Positions 55,923 through 64,000 of a DNA stretch of 64,000 nucleotides are shown piece by piece (within the stretch, counting starts at the first letter, position 1; every line of letters starts with the position of its first letter). The stretch spans positions 1,408,001 to 1,472,000 of the forward strand of contig CAWCRS010000007.1 in NCBI GenBank assembly GCA_963798085.1. Reading direction: 5' to 3'. The notes under the pieces were generated by a model. It was not told the DNA's origin. It did no database searches and saw only the letters and a list, made by a program, of their open reading frames with translations. The translations under genes were made by a program, and so were the position numbers. Source of the stretch: an uncultured Gemmatimonadales bacterium (GTDB taxonomy: Bacteria > Gemmatimonadota > Gemmatimonadetes > Longimicrobiales > RSA9).

Positions 55923-57040
55923 AGATCGGCATCAGCTGTTATCCGGTGTACGGCGGCTCGGGCGTGGTCGCTACCGAGCTGGGCATCGAGCTGGCCCGGC
56001 GAGGCCACGAGGTGCATTTCATTACGTACGCGCAGCCTTTCCGGCTGCCCTACTTCGTGGACCGCATCTACTACCACGAAGTGGAAGTGCCCACCTACCC
56101 GCTGTTCGAGCATCCGCCCTACAACCTGGCGCTCTCCGTGTTCATCCATAATGTCACGGTGCAGCACGGGCTCGACCTGGTGCACGCGCACTACGCGGTG
56201 CCGCACGCCACCTCGGCGTGGCTGGCCAAGCAGATGCTCGGAAGACCCGATTTCCGCATTGTTACCACACTGCACGGCACGGACATCACGCTGATCGGCC
56301 AGGACCCGTCCTACCGGCCCATTACCCAGTTCTCCATTCGCCAGTCGGACGGGCTGACAGCCGTTTCCGAGTACCTGCGGCGCGAGACCATCGAGCACTT
56401 CAATGTGGCGCCCGAATCGATCCGCGTGATTCCCAATTTCGTCGACCTCGAGAAGTACAAGCGCAGCGCATACGCGTGTCTGCGCAGCAAGTTCTCGCTG
56501 GAAGGCGAGAAGATCGTCACGCACATCTCGAATTTCCGCTCCGTGAAGCGCGTGGAGGACGTGGTGGGCGTGTTCGCGCGCCTGGCGGCGCAGGTGCCGG
56601 CCCGTCTGCTGCTCGTCGGGGATGGCCCCGAGCGCGTGCGCGCACAGGAGCAGGCTCTGGCCTTCGACATTGTCGATCGCGTGCTGTTCCTGGGCAAACA
56701 GAACTCCGTTGCCGAGCTGCTCGCGTGCACCGACCTGTTCCTCCTGCCCAGCCACTCGGAAGCCTTCGGGCTGGTGGCGCTGGAAGCGCTGGCGTGTGGT
56801 GTGCCCGTGATCTCCAGCAACGTCGGAGGATTGCCGGAAGTGATGCCCCCGCCACCCGCGGGCCACATGCTGCCCGTGGGCAATGTGGCGGGCATGGCCG
56901 CTGCCGGGTTGCCGCTGCTTCAGGACGCGGAGCTGTGGGCGCAGGCCAGCGCACAGGCCAGACACGCGGCGGAACGCTTCAGCGCGGACACCATCGTTCC
57001 CATGTACGAGCGCTACTACGAAGAGGTACTGGCGACGTGA
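55916..57040 (+). CDS. bshA: N-acetyl-alpha-D-glucosaminyl L-malate synthase (GT4)
   Basis: CYPVYGGSGVVATELG, HYAVPHA, TTLHGTD, SNFRSVK, EAFGLVALEA. Confidence 0.92.
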   Translation: MLKIGISCYPVYGGSGVVATELGIELARRGHEVHFITYAQPFRLPYFVDRIYYHEVEVPTYPLFEHPPYNLALSVFIHNVTVQHGLDLVHAHYAVPHATSAWLAKQMLGRPDFRIVTTLHGTDITLIGQDPSYRPITQFSIRQSDGLTAVSEYLRRETIEHFNVAPESIRVIPNFVDLEKYKRSAYACLRSKFSLEGEKIVTHISNFRSVKRVEDVVGVFARLAAQVPARLLLVGDGPERVRAQEQALAFDIVDRVLFLGKQNSVAELLACTDLFLLPSHSEAFGLVALEALACGVPVISSNVGGLPEVMPPPPAGHMLPVGNVAGMAAAGLPLLQDAELWAQASAQARHAAERFSADTIVPMYERYYEEVLAT

Positions 57041-57927
57041 CGCAGCCTGCGGAGGGCGTGCGCCGCGCGCACGAGCTTTCCACGGTGGAAGATGAGGTCC
57101 TGCACCTCATCGATCTGGCGCTGGAAGAGGATCACGCAGCTTCCGACTGGACCAGCCGCTGGATCGTGCCGCCGCGGGCGCGCATCCGGGCGCGTGTCAC
57201 CGCGGGCGCAGCGGGTGTGGTCGCGGGACTCAACGCGTCGCTCGCCGCGTTCCTGCGCATGGATGGCCGCATCGAGACCAACCGGCTGGCGGAGGACGGT
57301 CAGCTCGTGGAGCCCGGCACGGTGCTCTACGAGGTGCGCGGTCCGGGCCGCGCGCTGCTGGGTGCCGAGCGCGTCGCGCTCAACTTCCTGCAGCACCTTT
57401 CCGGCATCGCCACCCTGACACGGCGTTATGTGGACGCGATCGCCGGCACCCCCGCCTGCATCCTGGATACGCGCAAGACGACGCCCGGCATGCGCTCTCT
57501 GGAGAAGGCTGCGGTGCGCGCGGGAGGGGCACGCAACCACCGGCGGGACCTGTCCGAAGCGGTGCTCATCAAGGACAATCACATCGTGGTCGCCGGCGGA
57601 CTCGGGGAAGCGCTGTCGCAGGTGAAGGACCACAACACGCGCGAACTGCCTGTTATCGTCGAGGTGGGTTCGCTGGAAGAGCTGGACATGGCGCTGCAGG
57701 CGGGTGTCGACCGCGTGCTGCTCGACAACATGAACGTCGACCAGATGCGCGAGGCCGTGCGCCAGGCGAAGCGCAGGCGGCCGCCGCCCGAGATCGAAGC
57801 GTCGGGCAACATGACGCTGGAACGCGTGCGCGCCGTGGCGGAGTGCGGCGTCGACTTCATCAGCGTGGGCGCGCTCACACACTCCGCTCCCGCCCTGGAC
57901 GTGTCGCTCGAAGTGCTGCGCGCGTGA
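57037..57927 (+). CDS. nadC: Nicotinate-nucleotide pyrophosphorylase
   Basis: DTRKTTPG, IKDNH, LLDN, EASG, GALTHSA. Confidence 0.95.
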   Translation: MTQPAEGVRRAHELSTVEDEVLHLIDLALEEDHAASDWTSRWIVPPRARIRARVTAGAAGVVAGLNASLAAFLRMDGRIETNRLAEDGQLVEPGTVLYEVRGPGRALLGAERVALNFLQHLSGIATLTRRYVDAIAGTPACILDTRKTTPGMRSLEKAAVRAGGARNHRRDLSEAVLIKDNHIVVAGGLGEALSQVKDHNTRELPVIVEVGSLEELDMALQAGVDRVLLDNMNVDQMREAVRQAKRRRPPPEIEASGNMTLERVRAVAECGVDFISVGALTHSAPALDVSLEVLRA

Positions 57928-58733
57928 CCGACGAACTTGCCCTGGACGCGTGGGAAACACAGCCCGTCGCGCACTGGCAGGCCGTCTGGCGCATTCCTGC
58001 GCTCTTCGCGTACGCTGCCGTAGCCTCCACCAACGACATCGCCATGCGCCTCGCCGGACAGGGTGCTGCGGCCGGCACGACCGTGCTCGCCGACCGCCAG
58101 ACCGCCGGCCGCGGCCGCGCGGGCAGGGAATGGCGCGACACGCCGGGCGGCAGTCTCCTGGTTTCCGTGATCCTCCGTGCAACCGCGATCACGGACTCCA
58201 GCATCATGCCGCTGCGCGTGGGGCTGGCGGCGGCGCAGGCCATCGAGAACGCGTGCGGCACGCGCGTTGGCATCAAGTGGCCCAACGATCTGATGCTGCC
58301 CGCGGGCGGCAAGGTGGGCGGCATCCTCTGTGAAGGCAGCGCGGGCGCGCACGGGACCATCGTCGTGGCCGGGATCGGCATCAACGTCCATCAGGAAGGC
58401 GACGACTTCGCTCCCGAGATCCGCGCGCACGCGACGTCCCTGCGCATGGCCGGCCGCGCGCCGGCCAGGTCTGCGCTGCTGGGTGCGCTGCTCGAGGAAC
58501 TGCGGCCCTTCACGGTAGCGGCGCCACCACTGGAGACGACCGCGCTCGCCGGCCTCGCGGCGCGCAATGTGCTGCGCGGCCGCACCATCACGGTGGACGG
58601 CGCCGTGGCGGGCCTCGCGGATGGTGTGGCGGCGGACGGCACGCTGCGCCTGCGCACCGGTGTAACAGTGCGTTATCTGCGCTCCGGCACCGTTCGCCTG
58701 GCCGGCGCAGCCCACCCCTCTGGCCTGACCTGA
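57924..58733 (+). CDS. birA: Biotin--protein ligase (no HTH domain)
   Basis: STN, QTAGRGR, KWPND, KVGGIL, GIGIN. Confidence 0.93.
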   Translation: MTDELALDAWETQPVAHWQAVWRIPALFAYAAVASTNDIAMRLAGQGAAAGTTVLADRQTAGRGRAGREWRDTPGGSLLVSVILRATAITDSSIMPLRVGLAAAQAIENACGTRVGIKWPNDLMLPAGGKVGGILCEGSAGAHGTIVVAGIGINVHQEGDDFAPEIRAHATSLRMAGRAPARSALLGALLEELRPFTVAAPPLETTALAGLAARNVLRGRTITVDGAVAGLADGVAADGTLRLRTGVTVRYLRSGTVRLAGAAHPSGLT

Positions 58734-58751
58734 CCGCAGGGAGGCGACGAT

Positions 58752-59543
58752 ATGATCCTGGCGATCAATGTGGGCAACACGGAAACCGTACTCGGTCTCT
58801 TCCACGAGCACGAACTGCTGGCGCACTGGCGCTACGCCACCGCTCCGGAACGGACCGTCGACGAGCTTGGCCTGCTCGTGCGCGGCCTGCTGCGCGAAGC
58901 GGGCTACAATGCCGGCGACACCGAAGCCGCCGTCATCGCGTCCGTTGTGCCGCCCGTGACGCCGGCGCTGGTGCAGATGTGCAGGCAGTACCTGAACGCC
59001 GATACGCTGGTCATCAATGCCACCATCCCGCTGCCCATCCAGCTGGCGGTGGATGAGCCGCTCACCGTCGGGGCGGACCGCATTGCGAACACGCTGGCCG
59101 CGTCCGTGCTCTACCAGCGCGATACCATCGCCGTCGACCTGGGCACCGCCACCACGTTCGACTGCATCTCCGCCGAAGGTGTTTTCCTGGGCGGCATCAT
59201 CAGCCCGGGCGTGCACACGGGCGCGGAGACGCTCGTACGACGGACCGCGAAACTGCCGCGCATCGATCTGGAGAAACCCGCCGCGGTGATCGGCAAACGC
59301 ACCGAGACCGCGTTGCGCAGCGGCATCTTCTACGGCGCGGTCGAGGCCATCAATGGCATCGTGCGGCGCATCCAGGAAGAGTGGGGACGCAAGGCATTCG
59401 TGGTCGCGACGGGCGGCCTGGCGCCGCTGATCGGTCCGCACTGCGTTACCGTCGATCACGTCGAAGCGCACCTCACGCTGTTCGGGCTGGAGCACGCGTG
59501 GCGCTACGTCAGCGACGCCGGCCAGCATCCGGAAATGGGCTGA
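58752..59543 (+). CDS. coaX: Type III pantothenate kinase
   Basis: NVGNT, GADR, DLGTATT, GG.ISPG, ATGG. Confidence 0.93.
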   Translation: MILAINVGNTETVLGLFHEHELLAHWRYATAPERTVDELGLLVRGLLREAGYNAGDTEAAVIASVVPPVTPALVQMCRQYLNADTLVINATIPLPIQLAVDEPLTVGADRIANTLAASVLYQRDTIAVDLGTATTFDCISAEGVFLGGIISPGVHTGAETLVRRTAKLPRIDLEKPAAVIGKRTETALRSGIFYGAVEAINGIVRRIQEEWGRKAFVVATGGLAPLIGPHCVTVDHVEAHLTLFGLEHAWRYVSDAGQHPEMG

Positions 59544-59750
59544 GCCAGCGGGACCGGTGGCGAGGGCGGCAGGCGCGCGTCTGCTCAAGGTGGAATCCTA
59601 ACCACATGTTATCATGGCGCTGGTTGCGCGAGGCCTGCCCGGGCAGCACGAGTCGATCCAGCGACCACGCTGCAGGCCGATTGACTCCGGTACCTGACAC
59701 CGGATCGTCGCAACCATCGGGCACAGCTGACATGCAGTTGCGCGGTGCAT

Positions 59751-60950
59751 TCAGCGCCCGGCGCTGCTGATGCGACTCCACCACCGGCGCCACAACGGCG
59801 GAGCGCGCAGCGGCACCACCACGAGCGGGTCGCCAATGGCCACGAACGCGGCCCCACCTGCGTGCCGGCAGGTGCCTGCGCAACGCGTACAGCCTGGCGT
59901 CCCACAGCCCATCGATCACGGGCAGACCCCGCGCCAGCGCATCGTAGAACGCGGTCATGAACGGCGCCGCATCCCGGTCGCGGATGCGCCAGGCCGTGGC
60001 TACGAGCGAGCGTGCGCCCGCCTGCAGCAGTGGCGACGTGAGTCCCTGCACACCCTCACCGCCCACCTCCACACCGCGCGCGGCGCGACAGGCTGACAAA
60101 ACCACGAGGTCGGCATCGGGATGCAGCCGGGTCAGGTCGCCGGCGCTGACGAACCCGCTTTCGCCTTCGCCTGGCGCGAGCACCAGGGCCGTGCCGGCAA
60201 CCGACTGCTCATCCACCACGGCGTGTGTGCGGAAATGCAGGACGCCATAGGGGAGCAGGTCGGCGTGTTTCAGAAATGTCGCGCTGGCGGCAGAGCCAAT
60301 GTGCACATCGGCGGCAGGCGCGTATAGCGCCACCAGTGGGCCTCACGCGCCGCGCCCTGCAGGCGGGCCACGGCCCCAAACTCGTCGTTATCGCTATCGG
60401 ATCCGGCTGCGCCGTGACCCCTGGAACAGTTGGGTCAGACGATCCGGGGCCCGGGAAGCACTACTCTTGAGAGGAAACATGAGTTCCGACACGGAAAGCA
60501 CGGGACGCGGGCACCCGATGGCCCGGCGCCAGCAGGCGCAGGCTCGAGGCAGCCTGCGCGTGTGCGGGTCGCGCCCGCAATGTGGTCACCACCGCGGCGG
60601 AGGGGGCGATACTCAGGGCATAGCGTTCCACTGCGTACTGCCCGCTGGCCAGGCGCAGCGCATCGAAGGGCAGCCGGTGCAGCGGGCCATCGGGCACGAC
60701 GGTGATGCGGGTCACGCCTGCAGCCAGCAGCGTCAGCGCGGGGTCGAGCAGGCGGGAGCCGAGCCGGCGACCCAGCCTGGTCGCGTCGACGCCGCTCTCG
60801 ATGAGTCCAGCGAAGCGCGCGATGGCGGCGGCCAGCGAGTCGACCGGTCCCAGCCCGCGTGCCTGCACGCCGCTTTGCTGCACGACGAAGACCGTGATCG
60901 GCGCATCCTGCGCAGCCACGTATTCGAGCAGCGGTCCGTTCGTCCAGCAT
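59751..60950 (-). pseudogene. CHAT-domain (caspase-like) protein remnant, N-terminally truncated and broken
   Basis: VPDGPLHRLPFDAL, LHFRTH, LVVLSAC, GEG..GL, AGARS, WAAF..IG in several frames. Confidence 0.8.
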
Positions 60951-61167
60951 AACCTTCGCCTGGCACCCGGTGGCGGGAGCGCTCCTCTACACGCTGGAGG
61001 TGGATGCGGCGGACGGCACGGTGCGGTTCAGCGCGGCCACCACTGACACTGTGTTATCGGCGGCGCTGGACAGCGTGGCGCCGGGCGAGCAGCGCTGGTG
61101 GATCATCGCACAGATGGATGACGGCAGCCAGCGTCGCTCGACCATGAGGCCGCTGCGTCTGCGCTGA
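60951..61167 (+). pseudogene. 3' fragment of an Fn3-like-domain gene
   Basis: FAWHPVAGA..Y.LEV and WW motifs with no convincing start; abuts the CHAT remnant. Confidence 0.5.
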
Positions 61168-61229
61168 GTCCGCGCTGTGAACAATGGAGCGCAGCCGCAC
61201 AACAGAGCGGTCGCGGCCGGCATGCGGAC

Positions 61230-62532
61230 TCAGGCAGAACCCGCGGGCGGTGAAGCGGTGCCGCAGGCTGCGGCCCGGTCCAGCAGCAGCGAGCGCTCAC
61301 GCGAATTCTGCGTCATCGCGGCGGCGCGCTCGAACTCGGCCCGCGCCTCCAGCAGCCGTCCCAGCTTGAACAGGAGGTCGCCACGCACCGCGGGCAGGAG
61401 ATGGTATTTCCGCAGTGACGGCTCCGGCGCCAGCGCGTCGACCAGCTCGAGACCGGCCGCCGGTCCGAACGCCATCGCCACCGCTACCGCGCGGTTCAAT
61501 TCCACGATCGGTGATGGCGCCAGCTGCGCGAGTGCGTCATAGAGCGCCGCAATCCGTTCCCAGTCGGTCGCGTCCGGGTTGCGTGCGCGCGCGTGACAGG
61601 CGGCGATTGCGGCCTGCAGCGCGTATGGCCCCCGCGCGCCGCCCAGCTTCTCGGCGCGGGCCAGCGCGGCCAGACCCCGGCGCACCAGCAGCGGGTCCCA
61701 CAGTCCGCGATTCTGCGCCAGCAGCAGGATGGGTTCGCCGGACGGGCCGGTTCGTGCCCGCGCCCGCGACGCCTGAATCTCCATCAGCGAGACCAGCCCG
61801 TGCACCTCGGGCTCCTGCGGTACCAGTTCGGCCAGAATGCGGCCCAGCCGCAGCGCATCGTCGCAGAGAGCGGGTCGCATCCAGTCGTCGCCTGCTGTAG
61901 CGGAGTAGCCTTCGTTGAACACGAGATAGATCGCCTCCAGCACGGACGCGAGGCGCGCGGCCAGTTCGGCGCCGCGCGGCACCTCGAACGGTATCCTCGC
62001 CTCGGACAGCGTGCGTTTGGCGCGTACAATGCGCTGCGCGATCGTCGCCTCGGGGACGAGGAAGGCGCGCGCGATCTCGCTCGTCGTGAGACCACCCAGC
62101 AAACGCAGTGTCAGGGCCACCCTCGCCTCACGCGAAAGCACGGGGTGGCAGGAAATGAACATGAGGCGCAGCAGGTCATCGCCCACCTCGTCGTCCAGAG
62201 CGCGGTCGAGAGCCGGGACAGCGGATTCCTGCCGCGCTTCCAGTTCCCGGCCCAGTTCCTGATGCTTCGTCTCTAACATTCTGTTATGGCGCAGGCGATC
62301 GATGGCCCAATGTCTGGCCGTGGCCATGAGCCAGGCGCCCGGATTGTCCGGAATGCCGGACTCCGGCCAGCGCTGCAGTGCGATCAGCAGCGCGTCCTGC
62401 GCCAGATCCTCGGCCACGCCCACGTCACCCGCGATACGGGTGAGCCCGGCGATGAGCCGGGGCGACTCGAATGCGCCAGACGGCATCAATGGCCCGGTGC
62501 GCAGCCTGCGTGCGGACGCTGTCCGCCGTCAC
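61230..62532 (-). CDS. ECF42-type sigma factor with C-terminal extension (frameshift near 62470)
   Basis: AEDLAQDA, AWL, DDLLRLMFISCHP, AQRIVRAK, FNEGY, ELNRAVA; next to DGPF gene. Confidence 0.88.
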
Positions 62533-62754
62533 TGTCGCCGCATCATCTATTGCGTGAATTCCGGTGGCAGTCGAATGGCCGCGCCAGCGTGCGCGCGCGC
62601 GGCGGGTGCAGGCCGGCGGGCGCCATCAGCGCGGCAGCCGCGGGCGCCGGGCGCACCGTATAACACGGGATTACAGAGACACGCGGCGCCCGTGCGCGAC
62701 GGGGCAGCCCGGGCTGCGGCTGTCCAGGCGACGGCGCGGATGCCGCGCGTGCCG

Positions 62755-63171
62755 CTATTTCCTGAGGCTGGCATCCAGCTCACGAAAGCGATCAATGGCT
62801 GCACTGGGCTGGAAATCGTCGAGCTCATAGAGCTGCCGGATCTCGATCTGGCCATCGGCGTTGTCGCCGAAGGGGGCGGGGAAACGCTTGGCCCACTCCA
62901 GCGCTTCCTCGCGTGACTTCACTTGAATGAGCGTGTAGCCCGCGATCAGCTCCTTCGTCTCGGCGAAAGGCCCATCGATCAGCGTGCGCCTGCCGCCTGA
63001 ATAGCGAATGCGGGCGCCCCGGGCACTGGGCTGCAGCCCCAATGCGTCGAGCAGGACGCCGGCCTTCGCCAGCTCCTCGTGGTAGGCGGCCATGTCGGCA
63101 AACAGCTTGTCATCAGTGGGCACGCCCGCCTCGGCGTCCTTGTTCGACCTGACCATGATCATGAAGCGCAT
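62755..63171 (-). CDS. YciI/DGPF family protein
   Basis: DGPFAETKELIAGY, EIRQL; GGAGG RBS. Confidence 0.93.
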   Translation of the reverse strand: MRFMIMVRSNKDAEAGVPTDDKLFADMAAYHEELAKAGVLLDALGLQPSARGARIRYSGGRRTLIDGPFAETKELIAGYTLIQVKSREEALEWAKRFPAPFGDNADGQIEIRQLYELDDFQPSAAIDRFRELDASLRK

Positions 63172-63245
63172 CGCTGCCTCCGGTTTGTGGCGGCTGGAGG
63201 ATGGCCGGTTTCTGGCCGTCCTCAGTGTCGTTTCTCACCCCATGC

Positions 63246-63272
63246 GTCGAGCGGGGGCGGGGAGAATCGACA
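63246..63272 (-). promoter_or_regulatory. ECF42-type promoter
   Basis: TGTCGA-N17-CGAC upstream of the DGPF gene. Confidence 0.7.
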
Positions 63273-63273
63273 C

Positions 63274-63461
63274 CCGGACCGTCTTGGCGTTCTTGGCTCG
63301 TGCGCCATCCTCGCATGGCGACCGGGCTGAGAGCATGCCGTTACCGCATTGCTTCGGGCCAGACGCCCATGCCAGGCGCGTCTTGGCATGCGGGCAGCCG
63401 CGAGGGGGGTGCCATGCCGATAGCATTGTGCGCCGAACCCACGAACGCCAAGACGGTCCGG
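63274..63461. repeat. 188-bp element with 19-bp perfect terminal inverted repeats
   Basis: CCGGACCGTCTTGGCGTTC / GAACGCCAAGACGGTCCGG. Confidence 0.7.
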
Positions 63462-63685
63462 AAACTACGCTTTCCCTAAACCACTGTGCGTATGGCAGTT
63501 GCTTGCCTGCGGGGCTGCCTCTTCCCAGGCTCACCTTCACTTATGGCCCAATCTCACACGCCACTTCGAACACCGCATGCCCGTCCCGGAGATCACGGTC
63601 CCAGCCGCCGACGCGGCCGCCTGGATGCGGTGGCCCCCCTGGGCGCGCAAACTGGCGGGCGGAACGGCAGGCGGGCATGTGGCCC

Positions 63686-63713
63686 TTGACGCCGGGTTTG
63701 TGGGTGGTATCTT
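63686..63713 (+). promoter_or_regulatory. Sigma70-type promoter of groES
   Basis: TTGACG-N16-TATCTT with an extended -10 TG. Confidence 0.7.
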
Positions 63714-63723
63714 ACGGTGCTTA

Positions 63724-63750
63724 TTAGCACTCAATGTTTCTGAGTGCTAA
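63724..63750 (+). promoter_or_regulatory. CIRCE operator (HrcA binding site)
   Basis: Perfect TTAGCACTC-N9-GAGTGCTAA. Confidence 0.97.
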
Positions 63751-63796
63751 TAAGCTGGACGACTCTCCTGGACCTGGATGAAGGAGGTACGAGACC

Positions 63797-64000
63797 ATGG
63801 CAACTGCTGCTGCAACGCAGATCCGGCCGTTGGCGGACCGGATTGTCGTGAAGCCGCTCGAGGAAACAGAGCAGATGCGGGGCGGGCTGTATATCCCGGA
63901 CACGGCCAAGGAAAAGCCTCAGCAGGGTGAGGTGGTGGCGGTGGGCCCGGGCAAGATGACCGATGAGGGGACGCGCATCGCGCCGGAAGTGTCGACGGGC
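63797..64000 (+). CDS. groES: Co-chaperonin GroES (partial, runs off the window)
   Basis: [44 protein letters not shown]. Confidence 0.97.
   Translation, partial: MATAAATQIRPLADRIVVKPLEETEQMRGGLYIPDTAKEKPQQGEVVAVGPGKMTDEGTRIAPEVSTG

Overview
High-GC bacterial chromosome segment, mostly core genes. Gene content and order suggest a diderm such as Gemmatimonadota (inference only). In order: C-N hydrolase, nadE, a PAS-GGDEF-EAL protein, two sorbosone/PQQ-type dehydrogenases, M28 peptidase and TolB-like propeller, pntA/pntB, a complete ccmABCDEFGH cluster, fhs, gltX with tRNA-Gln, pyrR-pyrB-pyrC, yhaM, rpsT, scpAB-rluB, a MoxR/Bat cluster, upp with a CAT-anticodon tRNA, secDF, tatD, mutL-miaA-bshA-nadC-birA-coaX, a decayed CHAT locus, an ECF42-type sigma/DGPF pair, and CIRCE-controlled groES. 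About ten genes are split by single-base indels, probably sequencing error. Three candidates stand out. (1) A stand-alone ~246-aa protein with the catalytic motifs of the EF/CyaA/ExoY class II nucleotidyl cyclases, just upstream of nadE and divergent from the c-di-GMP enzyme. (2) An in-frame fusion of a LexA DNA-binding domain to a TadA deaminase. (3) A ~300-nt structured ncRNA candidate bounded by a promoter and a terminator. A dispersed intergenic repeat family is also present. No CRISPR array, integrase or transposase was seen. All calls come from reading motifs by eye; no database search was run.
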